Shown piece after piece: positions 52,895 through 64,000 of a stretch of DNA of 64,000 nt. The stretch is from contig CAXHJY010001421.1 of assembly GCA_964016885.1 (NCBI GenBank), positions 1 through 64,000 on the forward strand. Reading direction: 5' to 3'. Below the pieces are notes generated by a model that was not told where the DNA came from, ran no database searches, and was given only the letters and a program-made list of their open reading frames with translations. Positions within the stretch are counted from its first letter, which is position 1; every line of letters starts with the position of its first letter. A program made the position numbers and the translations under genes. This DNA comes from Eledone cirrhosa. Taxonomy: Eukaryota.

Positions 52895-53162
52895 GTCTGT
52901 CTTAAGTCAGAAGTCTCATTTGGCCGGTGCTTATCCCAGTTTCATGGCATGAAGCAACTGAGAGTACAAGACTCCCTCCTGGACAGGATGCCAGTCCATC
53001 GCAGGGTTAAATCACCAGCTACTGCTGGTACTCATTTTCAGCTGAGTATACTAGAGCAATGTAAAATTAAGTGTTTTACTCAAGAACAACATGCAACCCA
53101 GGAATTGAACCCACATTATGATCGTAAGCCCAACACCCTTGCCACTAGACCACGTGCCTCCC
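52895..53162 (-). mobile_element. tRNA SINE with CORE-like and V-domain-like segments
   Basis: - strand: TGGTCTAGTGG, GGGTTCAATTCC, cttgagtaaaacactt..actcagctgaaaatgagtacc, then cctgcgatggactggcatcctgtccagg. Confidence 0.7.
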
Positions 53163-53173
53163 ATATACATATA

Positions 53174-53390
53174 TGGCGTGAGGCTGAGTGGTTAGAGAGT
53201 TGCATTCACAATCTTGAGGTTGTGAGTTCGATTCCTGGACGGGCCGATGTGTTATGTCCTTGAGCAAGACACTTTATTTCACGTTGCTCCTTCTACCTGG
53301 AGTTGCAACCTATAGATAGTACTAACAACTGGAAAGACCGACGGAAACATTGTTTCCTCGGTCCAACTTGACGAAAGTCGATCGATCCTT
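53174..53390 (+). mobile_element. Partial CORE-type SINE
   Basis: GGCTGAGTGG, GAGTTCGATTCC, ccttgagcaagacactttatttcac. Confidence 0.65.
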
Positions 53391-53408
53391 TATATATATA
53401 TATATATA

Positions 53409-53805
53409 ATAATTGTTTCTACTTTTGGCACAAGGCCAGCAATTACCCAGTGTATTACTGGTACTTTATTTTATCAACCCCGTAAGGATGAAAGGCAAAG
53501 TTAACCTCGGCGGGATTTGAACTCAGAATGGAAAGGGCCATAATTGTTTGCGTCAAAGCATGGCACCCGACCCTCTACCGATACTGCCAATACACCGCCT
53601 ATATATATATATATATAATTGTTTCTACTTTTAGGCACAAGGCCAGCAATTACCCAGTGCATTACTGGTACTTTATTTTATCGACCCCGTAAGGATGAAA
53701 GGCAAAGTCAACCTCGGCGGGATTTGAACTCAGATCGTAAAGGGACGCAACTATGCTGGAAAGCATGGCGTCCGACCCTCTACTGATACTGCCAATCCAC
53801 CGCCC
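53409..53805 (-). mobile_element. Two tandem SINE family 2 copies (53409-53599, 53615-53805)
   Basis: Family match; separated by (TA)n. Confidence 0.88.
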
Positions 53806-53907
53806 TATATATATATATATAATAATGTAATATATACTTGGTGGTCACCGATCTGTCCAGCTCATTTGTCTACCAGCATATCATGAAAAAATTATACATC
53901 TCATATG

Positions 53908-54304
53908 TATTTTGTCTGAAGAGGATATGTTTTGGTATATGGAGGCACATGGCTTAGTGGTTAAAGCATTGGCCTTGCAATCGAAAGGGTGATGTGTTGT
54001 TTCCTTGAGCAAGACACTTTATTTCACATTGCTCCAGTTTACTCAGCTGTAGAAATGAGATGATAGGGACTGGGGTCCCTATCATTCCACTGCAAAGTGG
54101 ATGTGTAGGTGCCATGTCAAAAAAGCACCCAGCACTCACTGTAAATGAGGTTGATGTTAGGAAGGGCATCCAGCTGTAGAAATCAAGCCAGAATCAGTTC
54201 CCGTCCCACCCTTGCAAGCAGGGAAAAAGCGGACGTAAAATGAAATGATGATGATGATGATATGTTATACATAAAGCTTTGCATCTTCGAAATATAATAA
54301 AATA
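53908..54304 (+). ncRNA. Hammerhead motif interrupted by a SINE in stem II
   Basis: uauuuugu-CUGAAGA (53908-53922) ..[SINE].. GAAA-UA-UA-auaaaaua (54289-54304). Confidence 0.55.
53941..54261 (+). mobile_element. CORE-type SINE with RTE tail (B box deleted)
   Basis: Family match with an internal deletion after gcaatcgaaagg. Confidence 0.85.
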
Positions 54305-54503
54305 GAGATGATATAAAGTATATATTCTTCATTTATTACTATTATTATTATAATACTCCGGATATATACCGTTGAGTGCTTGCCATCTGTTACATATAAG
54401 AATCAGTTGATTACAAATCAACTAACTCTTTATTCATTGATTAATATATATATATATATATATGTGTATGTGTGTGGTGGTGTGTATGTTTATGTGTCTA
54501 CAT

Positions 54504-54891
54504 GCATCATCATCATCATTTTACGTCAGCTTTTTCCCTGCTTGCAAGGGTGGGACGGGAATTAATTCTGGCTTGATTTCTACAACTGGATGCCCTTCCT
54601 AACACCAACCTCATTTACAGTGAGTGCTGGGTGCTTTTGTTTCTGTGGCGCCTACACGACCACTTTACAGTGTGGGCTGGGTGCTTTTTTGCCGTGTCAC
54701 CTCCACGACCACTTTGCAGTGGAATGATAGGGACCCCAGTCCTATCATCTCTTTTCTACAGCTGAGTAAACTGGAGCAATGTGAAATAAAATGTCTTGTT
54801 CAAGGAAACAACACATCACCCGGTCCGAGAATTGAACCCACAACCTTTCGATTGCAAGGCCAATGCTCTAATTACTAAGCCATGTGCCTCC
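54504..54891 (-). mobile_element. CORE-type SINE with RTE tail (extra ~46-bp module)
   Basis: Family match. Confidence 0.88.
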
Positions 54892-55105
54892 ATTATATAT
54901 ATATATTTAACTGGCAGTAACACTAATACAGCGTTTTAGCATAATAGAGGGGTATATGAAATCATATACAGACATATATTACACATTTATATACAATAAA
55001 CATATGGGTAACCTTGCTATCAACGAAAGATATTTTTTCATAACGAACACATTATTTTTTTATATTTTCCTCTTTGAATATCTCACAGTTGCCAGTACAT
55101 TTTAA

Positions 55106-55158
55106 GAATGTCTGACAGTGCTGTTTCAAGATTTATTAATCGTTCATCAGTGACACTC
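55106..55158 (-). ncRNA. Type I hammerhead ribozyme motif
   Basis: gaguguca-CUGAUGA-acgauu-aaua-aaucuu-GAAA-CAGcaCUG-UC-agacauuc; GUC triplet. Confidence 0.78.
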
Positions 55159-55329
55159 ACTCAACCAATACTGGAATGGAAATAGACTAGAGTCTATATA
55201 GAATTTTGCAATATGATCATTTGCTGGAAATGCTCATTTGCATATTGCGCAAACTTGGCTGGTGGTGGTGGTGGTGGTGGTAGTGGTGGTAGTGGTGGCA
55301 ATGGTTGTCTCAGTGAAGGTTTGATGTTT

Positions 55330-56010
55330 GATTGGATGAATGTATGGACGATTGGCTAGTTGGATGGATGAATGTACGGATGGTTGACTGGTTTGATGGA
55401 TGGATGGTTGGCTGGATGGTTGGATGGATGGATTTATGGTTGGATGGTTGGCTGGTTGGATGAATGGGTGGTTGGCTGGATGGTTGGATGGTTGGATGGT
55501 TGGCTGGTTGGATGGATGGATGGTTGGCTGGATGGTTGGCTGGATGGATTTATGGTTGGATGGTTGACTGGTTAGATGGATGGATGGTTGGATGGTTGGC
55601 TGGTTGGATGGATGATGAGTTGGATGGATGAATGTATGGATGTATGGATGGGTGGATGGTTGGGTGGATGGATGGATGGCTGGTTGGACGTGTGAATGAT
55701 TTGTTGGGTGGATTGTTGGTTGGATGGGTGGATGGATGGATGGTTGAAGGAATGGATGGATGGTTAGATAGATGGTTGGGTGGAAGGATGTAGGTTTAGA
55801 TGACTATATGGATAAATGGGTGGTTGGATAAAGGAATGGGTAGATGGATAGTTGGATGGAAGGATAGATTGATGGATGGATACTTGGTTGGGTGGATGGT
55901 TAGCTAGATAGACAGATTTATGGATGAGTGAAGAAATGTATGGATGGTGAAATAGATAACTAGGTGGACAGATGGATGGTTTGTTGGTTCGATGGTTGGA
56001 TGGAAGGATG
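55330..56010. repeat. Degenerate (GGAT/GGTT)n microsatellite
   Basis: Direct inspection. Confidence 0.9.
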
Positions 56011-56253
56011 TTTGAAATCTGGTGTCAATATAGAGTGGGAAATAACACATACACAAATCAAAGCCAGGATTTCAAGCCAAAGCAAGTCACCTTCATCCCA
56101 CCCCACACAACTACCTTGAAAAAAAATAATAAATAAAAAAACAGAAAAGAAAGTTCAGCTAAAGCTAGGCTACCGTTAAGTTAAGCCAAGCCAAGGGAAG
56201 ATAATTATATAAGTAGAAATAGCGAGGATAATTGCAGTGAGCAGGATCCATAT

Positions 56254-56341
<88 letters not shown>

Positions 56342-56417
56342 ATATATACATATATATATACATATATATATACATATGTATGTACGTATGCATATGTATA
56401 AATATATATATATGTAT

Positions 56418-56453
<36 letters not shown>

Positions 56454-56768
56454 GTATATATATATAAGTTAATTGTAAATGATGGTAGGTGGAATGTGGG
56501 GTGGGGAGGTCACTCAGGGGACAAGAAAACACAGCTATTGTAGTGAGAGCATGGTTACAATTGATGGTGTTGAGAATTTAGCATGACATGTAATGGTAGT
56601 CAAATCATAGAAAATTCTATTTTAGTCTGAAATAACAATTTTATTCTCTACTGCTGCCAACATACCTCCATATTGCCATATCACACACCATTGTGATAGA
56701 CTAAATCTAGGCAATGCCCCAGATTGACCACAATCTAACTATTGGAACTAGTAAAAGAATAAAGGAAT

Positions 56769-56800
<32 letters not shown>

Positions 56801-56825
56801 TTTGTATATATTTATATGTGTATAT

Positions 56826-56857
<32 letters not shown>

Positions 56858-56860
<3 letters not shown>

Positions 56861-57089
56861 AAAATCTATGACCCCGACGGCATAGCTCAAGCCATTTCGA
56901 CGGCTATTTCTGGACTAATCAGAATTTTTATTTTTTTTTTTATTTTGATTTAGTCCAGAAATAGCCGTTGAAACGGCTTGAGCTCTGCCGTCGGGGTCAT
57001 ACATTTTCCTATTACCCACTCTACTACCCTAAGTATTGAGTATTCTGGTGCGTTATGGTCCATCTGGTTCCTTACCACAACTCCTTCGT
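56858..57089 (+). mobile_element. Fold-back element, family C
   Basis: Inverted arms about 56858-56918 / 56950-57011 plus a tail to 57089. Confidence 0.65.
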
Positions 57090-57101
57090 TATATATATAT
57101 A

Positions 57102-58040
<939 letters not shown>

Positions 58041-58041
58041 T

Positions 58042-58119
<78 letters not shown>

Positions 58120-58176
58120 GTATATTTATATGTACATATGTGTATATATGTATGTATATACAAGTATATATATATA

Positions 58177-59427
58177 TACTTAGCTTTTGTCGACCTGGAG
58201 AAAGCCTTCGACAGAGTCCCCCGCTCCATTATCTGGTGGGCTCTTAGAAAACTAGGCGTTGACGAATGGCTTGTGAGGGCTATACAAGCCATGTATAAAG
58301 AAACAGTCAGCAAGGTTAGAATTAACAACGAATATAGTGAAGAGTTTAGCGTAAAAGTTGGCGTCCATCAGGGCTCTGTTCTCAGCCCCCTACTATTTAT
58401 TATTGCCCTTCAGGCTATAACAGAGGAGTTCAAGACAGGCTGCCCATGGGAACTCCTATACGCAGACGACCTGACACTCATAGCGGAATCAATGGCCGAG
58501 CTAGAGAAGAAATTCCAAACATGGAAGCACGGCCTAGAGTCAAAAGGACTTAAAATTAACCTGGCTAAGACCAAAGTTCTAGTTTGTAGGAAAGAAAACA
58601 AGGCGGCGGTCCCTTCTGGGAAATGGTCGTGCTCGGTATGTAGGAAAGGCGTAGGTAGAAACTCCATCTTATGTCCTAAATGCAAAGTATGGGTGCATAA
58701 AAGATGTAGTGGGATCACAGGTAAGCTAACTAAGAACATAGACTTTACATGTGGCCGGTGTTCTGGTGCAATAAGTAGCAGCAAGTGCCCACAAAATACT
58801 AGCTCTTTCAATTGCGCAGAGGGTTCTATAGAAATAGTGGACAGCTTCCGTTACCTGGGCGATAAAATCAGCAGTGGGGGAGGGTGCTCTGAAAGTACTG
58901 TAGCTAGAGTCAGAACTGGTTGGAAAAAGTTCAGAGAGCTTATACCACTATTAGCTGCTAAAGGGTTCTCCCTAAAAATGAAAGGCAGGTTGTACGATGC
59001 CTGCATACGAACAGCATTGTTGCATGGTAGTGAGACCTGGGCATTGTGTGCAGAGGATATACGCAGACTAGAGAGGAACGAAGCTTGCATGCTCCGCTGG
59101 ATGTGTAACAGTAATATACGTGAACGGCAAAGCATAAACGAACTAAGGAAAAAATTAGAGATAAGAGGGATCAGATGTTGTTTACTCGAGAGAAGGCTGC
59201 GTTGGTATGGACACGTGATGCGCATGAAAGTCGATAGCTGTATTACAAAGTGCAGGGCAATAAAGATAGACGGTAGCCACGGAATAGGCAGACCTAGAAA
59301 AACATGGGATGAGCTGATACACTCCGACCTCACACACTTACACCTCTCCAAGACAATGTCACTGGACCGTGACCTTTGGCGGTACTCAGTAACAGAGAAG
59401 ACCCGCCTTGCCAGTAGGCATCTCTAA
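58177..59427 (+). CDS. RTE ORF2 C-terminal part: reverse transcriptase, PHD-type finger and C-terminal domain (no start codon; truncated)
   Basis: [28 protein letters not shown] 58459-58470, C4HC3 motif 58630-58761, [23 protein letters not shown]. Confidence 0.9.
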   Translation, partial: YLAFVDLEKAFDRVPRSIIWWALRKLGVDEWLVRAIQAMYKETVSKVRINNEYSEEFSVKVGVHQGSVLSPLLFIIALQAITEEFKTGCPWELLYADDLTLIAESMAELEKKFQTWKHGLESKGLKINLAKTKVLVCRKENKAAVPSGKWSCSVCRKGVGRNSILCPKCKVWVHKRCSGITGKLTKNIDFTCGRCSGAISSSKCPQNTSSFNCAEGSIEIVDSFRYLGDKISSGGGCSESTVARVRTGWKKFRELIPLLAAKGFSLKMKGRLYDACIRTALLHGSETWALCAEDIRRLERNEACMLRWMCNSNIRERQSINELRKKLEIRGIRCCLLERRLRWYGHVMRMKVDSCITKCRAIKIDGSHGIGRPRKTWDELIHSDLTHLHLSKTMSLDRDLWRYSVTEKTRLASRHL

Positions 59428-59781
59428 CAAAATACACCCCTCCCGCCGCCACCCCCACCCCATCCACACCACCCCGTTCTATGTAAAGTTATGTTGGTGC
59501 CGCGCCATCGAGGCCGAAACAAATGAGATCGTGTAGGTGTCACGACAAAAAAACACACAGTCCACGCTGTAATGTGGCCGTGTAGGTAACACGGTAAAAA
59601 CCTCCCAGACCCACACTGTAAATGTGGTTGGTGTTAGGAAGGGCATCCAACTGTAGAAAACCTGCCAGACAGTCCTATGCGAGCAAGACAATCACTCTTG
59701 CCTCAAGTGGGACTACCCCCGTCCAAACCCATGCAAGCGTGGAACACGGACGTTAAACGTTGATGATGATGATGATGATGA
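58179..59781 (+). mobile_element. Young 5'-truncated RTE LINE
   Basis: Uninterrupted ORF, 3'UTR, (GAT)n tail, long flanking duplication. Confidence 0.95.
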
Positions 59782-59985
<204 letters not shown>

Positions 59986-60030
59986 GTATATTTATATGTA
60001 CACATGTGTATATATGTATGTATATACAAG

Positions 60031-60064
<34 letters not shown>

Positions 60065-60066
<2 letters not shown>

Positions 60067-60164
60067 GGGTGTCCCAAAAATAATATATACACACTTCAAC
60101 AGCATTCTAATAAATATTGCCTATACAAATAATCAAAATGTGTATACATTTTTGGGACAACCTG
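60065..60164. mobile_element. Tc1/mariner-type MITE (100 bp)
   Basis: TA|CAGGGTGTCCCAAAAA..TTTTTGGGACAACCTG|TA. Confidence 0.85.
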
Positions 60165-60281
60165 TACATATATTATGTTTGGTCATTTGACCTGGCTTTT
60201 CTCAAACAGGACAACTCGTCTAACCCATGCTAACATGGAAAAATAGAAGTTTAACAGAGGTGATGATGATGATGAATATAT

Positions 60282-60322
<41 letters not shown>

Positions 60323-60324
<2 letters not shown>

Positions 60325-60663
60325 GTATTTGCCAGCGTCAAAGACACTACTTTTTTTCTAAAATAAGTCTCAAAATTCTACCATGCGTCCTGGAGGCCAA
60401 TGTTTGTTTATTATTCTTTTTTAAATTGGGCGGTGGATTGGCAGTATCGGTAGAGGGTCGGACGCCATGCTTTCCAGCATAGTTGCATCCCTTTACGATC
60501 TAAGTTCAAATCCCGCCAAGGGATCCTTACGGGATCGATAAAATAAAGTACCAGTAATGCACTGTGCCTAAAAGTAGAAACAATTATTTTTTTTTTAATT
60601 TTTGGTTTTCAAAATTAGGGTGTGTCCTAGAGGATGAAGCGTCTTCGGGACCAGGAAATACAC
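60323..60663. mobile_element. pogo/Tc2-type MITE interrupted by a deleted SINE family 2 copy (60427-60587)
   Basis: TA|CCGTATTTGCCAGCGTCAAAGAC..GTCTTCGGGACCAGGAAATAC degenerate TIRs. Confidence 0.55.
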
Positions 60664-60677
60664 TAAATATATATATA

Positions 60678-60797
60678 ATGAAGGAAATGTGGTGAGGAAC
60701 CAGGTGGACCATAATACACCAGAGTACTCAATACATAGGGTAGTAGAGTGGGTAATAGGAAAAGAGTCAGGATTCCGGGTCCTGACTCTTTTCCTAT
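60678..60797 (-). mobile_element. Fold-back element, family C (short hairpin)
   Basis: Tail plus perfect 18-bp arms 60755-60772 / 60780-60797. Confidence 0.65.
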
Positions 60798-61448
60798 CAT
60801 GCAAGCGTGGAATATGGACGTTAAACGATGATGATGATGATGATATATATATATGACTCTTTTCCTATATATATATATATATGTACATATATATATATAT
60901 ATATATGTATATGTATATATTATATGTATACATATATGTGTGTATGTATAGCCAACATACATTGTATGCTACACAAATACATTACATCCTTCTTAAGACT
61001 AGCTACATGCCCTAAACTCTTTCTCAACCCTAAAATCCATATCTAAATACCTGTTACATATAATTACAATAATCCTTAAATTACGGTCAGATACAACCTG
61101 AAAATCTACCTGCAGCTCTTACATACACATACACATAAACATATACGTATACATATATACACTTATATACATACAGACATAAATACATATATACATACAC
61201 ATACATGCACATACATACACACACTCATATACACATACATACACACATACATACACACATACATACACACATACACATACACACGTATATAAACATGCAC
61301 ATATACGTATACATATATATACTCATATACATACACATATATACGCATACATACACACACACACACATAGACATACCCACGCATATACATATGCATACAC
61401 ATACAGACATAGACATACACACACACATACCATTGATATATATATGTA

Positions 61449-62313
61449 CTGTAGAACCTTGGTTCACAAACTTAATTCATTCCTGAAGACATTCGTCATC
61501 CGAAATGTTCGTAAACCGAAATTATTTTTCCCATACGAAATCATCATCATCATCATCATCATCATCACCCTTTTACATCCGTTCTTCCACACTAGCATGC
61601 GTTAGATGGGTTGTACTGTTGTGGGCAGTGTCTGGTCGGCTGACCATGCCTTGCTCATACAGGAACTGATTTGGCTTGATTTCTACAGCTGGATGCCCTT
61701 CCTAACACCAACCTCATTTACAGTGAGTGCTGGGTGCTTTTTCGTGGTGCCTACACGTCCACTTTACAGTGTGGGCTGGGTGCTTTTTTTGCCGTGGCAC
61801 CTCCACGACCACCTTGCAGTGGGGGGTGTGGGGGCATATTGTCTATATGCTTCAGCTTGTACCCATGGGAGGTCGGGTACTCTGTATTACTGCATGACGC
61901 CAGAGGTCACGGTCGTGTGTCATCGCCTTTGAGAGGTGTAATTGGGTAAGGTCGGCTTTTATCACCTCATCCCAGGTCTTCTTGGGTCTCCCCACTCCGC
62001 GGTTTCCATTGACTTCTAGTGCTCTGCACCTTTTTATGCAGCTGTCATCCTTCATACGCATCACAAAATGTTGAGAGAAAGACTGTGTGTGAAAAACAGA
62101 TCATAGTAACATGTAGATATCATCATAGTAACTCACTTCAAAGCATGTGAAGCTTTCCTGCCGATACTTCCAGCTTGTTGCCAGCTACTGTCGCCAACTT
62201 GTGTATTTGTTACTCAACACACTATTCGTGAACCAAAACGTTTTATGTTTGAAAAAAAATTCATGAATTGATTTGTTCATGATGAGAGGTGGTTGTGAAC
62301 CGAGGTTCCACTG
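61449..62313. mobile_element. Tigger/pogo-like non-autonomous transposon with a nested RTE
   Basis: TA|CTGTAGAACCTTGGTTCAC..GTGAACCGAGGTTCCACTG|TA. Confidence 0.75.
61540..62064 (-). mobile_element. RTE LINE 3' fragment
   Basis: ORF 61852-62064; near-identical to 218-735. Confidence 0.9.
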
Positions 62314-62329
62314 TATATATATATATATA

Positions 62330-62483
62330 TCATTATCATCATCATCATCATCGTTTAACGTCCATGTTCCACGCTTGCATGGGTTTGGACGGGAGTTTTC
62401 CCACTTGAGGCAAGAGTGGTTGTCATTGCTCGCATAGGACTGTCTGGCGGGTTTTCTACAGCTGGATGCCCTTCCTAACACCA
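62330..62483 (-). mobile_element. RTE 3' terminal fragment
   Basis: Matches 870-1014. Confidence 0.85.
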
Positions 62484-62500
62484 ATATATATATATATAAA

Positions 62501-62543
<43 letters not shown>

Positions 62544-62658
62544 TCCATACAATGATCGTGTCTCGAGCTATCTGCCGGCAAAACAATTGTAACACACAAT
62601 GAACTGAGTCCAGATGCATCACTGATTTTTTGTTTTATATTATATATATATATATATA

Positions 62659-63544
62659 CGAGGTGTATCAGAAAAGTTCCAGTACTGATGTCACAAAAGA
62701 TTTATTTCAAACCCAAACTTCACACTAAGAGTTTTCTCCTTCAAAGTAATCCCCCTGGAGTATGTAACTGTAATCTTAGCTCTCTGTAGTGATCAAACTT
62801 TTTTCCTCATAATTTTATATACATGTCCTCTGTTTCAGGTCGTCAAGCAATGAGCACAGAGCAACGAACAAACTTGCAGTTTCTGGTACGGTTGGGGAAA
62901 ACTTTGTCAGAAGCACTGGGATTGCTGCAGCAAGTGTATGGAGATGAGACGATGTCATGTTCATGTGTTTTTGAATGGTGCAAGATGACCCCAGGAGCGG
63001 AAGCCCTCAACAACCAGGACTGAGGTTAACGTTGAGCGCGTCAGGCAGATGGTGCGTAGCAATCTTCGGCTGACTGTTCGACTGATGGCAAATGAGCTGG
63101 GCATTAATCGGGACAGCGTCTGGAAGATTCTTACTGAAGATTTGGACATGCGGAAAGTCTGCGCGAAGATAGTGCCAAAACTGCTGAACGATGACCAGAA
63201 GGGTCAACACATGCAAGTGTGCTAAGTCATCCTCGAGCGTCTTGAAACCGAACCAGACTTGCTAGGGACAGTCATCACCGGTGATGAGTCATGGATCTTC
63301 GAGTATGACCCGGAGAGGACCCGTTTTGAAGACGTGGACGACATCAAAAAGGCCATGACGATGGAACTGCAGAGGATCCTGAAAGAATCCTTCCAGGAGT
63401 GCATGCAAGCGTGGCAGAAAAGGATGGAAAGGTGCATTAGACTCCAGGGGGATTACTTTGAAGGAGAAAACTCTTAGTGTGAAGTTTGGGTTCGAAATAA
63501 ATCTTTTGTGACATCAGTCCTGGAATATTTTCTGACACACCTCG
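62659..63544 (+). mobile_element. Internally deleted mariner with ~103-bp inverted termini
   Basis: TA|CGAGGTG..CACCTCG|TA; EQRTNLQF..GKT..VYGD, KVCAKIVPKLL, ITGDESW..YDPE, GDYFEG; second and third catalytic D region deleted. Confidence 0.9.
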
Positions 63545-63558
63545 TATATATATATAAA

Positions 63559-63748
63559 ATAATTGTTTCTACTTTAGGCACAAGGCCAGCAATTACCCAG
63601 TGCATTACTGGTACTTTATTTTATCGACCCCGTAAGGATGAAAGGCAAAGTCAACCTCGGCGGGATTTGAACTCAGATCGTAAAGGGATGTAACTATACT
63701 GGAAAGCATGGCGTCCGACCCTCTACCGATACTGCCAATCCACCGCCC
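63559..63748 (-). mobile_element. SINE family 2
   Basis: Nearly identical to 53615-53805. Confidence 0.88.
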
Positions 63749-63813
63749 TATATATATATAAAATAATAAGTGCAAATCAACATGTTAAAGTTGGCTTCAT
63801 TTATTCACATTCG

Positions 63814-63866
63814 CTGCTATACATATTTCAGTGACAGCGATTATTGGTTATAACCTCATCAGGTAG
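63814..63866 (-). ncRNA. Hammerhead motif (left arm of fold-back)
   Basis: cuac-CUGAUGA-gguuauaacca..gcugucacu-GAAA-uaugua-UA-gcag. Confidence 0.6.
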
Positions 63867-63935
63867 TAAGAATTTAGGCAGAAAAAACAGGAAAACATGA
63901 TGTTGTAATGGGTTCTATCCTGTTAATTCATCTTA

Positions 63936-63988
63936 TTGCCTGATGAGGTCATAACCAATAATGGCTGTCAGTGAAATATGTATAGCAG
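63936..63988 (+). ncRNA. Hammerhead motif (right arm of fold-back 63802-64000)
   Basis: uugc-CUGAUGA-ggucauaacca-auaa-uggcugucagu-GAAA-uaugua-UA-gcag. Confidence 0.62.
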
Positions 63989-64000
63989 CGAATGTGGATA

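Noticed and set aside
56858-57011. Hammerhead within family C fold-backs
   Set aside because: GAAAC is present but the upstream core reads CUGAUUA or is truncated and the stems do not close; left unassigned

Overview
This is eukaryotic, AT-rich, repeat-saturated DNA with no confidently identifiable host gene. The mix of (TA)n/(CATA)n microsatellites, RTE LINEs with (GAT)n tails and tRNA-derived SINEs suggests a cephalopod (Octopus-like) genome; that assignment is an inference. Retroelements: many 5'-truncated RTE LINE copies (one with an open ~415-codon RT C-terminus containing a PHD finger), three SINE families, RLE-endonuclease LINE fragments in (CATA)n tracts and a Penelope GIY-YIG remnant. 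DNA transposons: an internally deleted Helitron, mariner and DD37D maT remnants, and pogo/Tc1/piggyBac-type MITEs. Tandem repeats: a ~7.8-kb 20-bp satellite with a 1702-bp higher-order duplication and a 46-bp satellite. The ORF track misses the most striking signal: about 15 type I hammerhead-ribozyme motifs from several divergent families. They lie in short non-coding Penelope-LTR-like remnants, many of which form fold-back inverted duplications that end just before a shared TACT..TTGAGTRCT mini-hairpin. Nearly all other ORFs in the track are microsatellite artefacts. All coordinates and pairings were read by eye.
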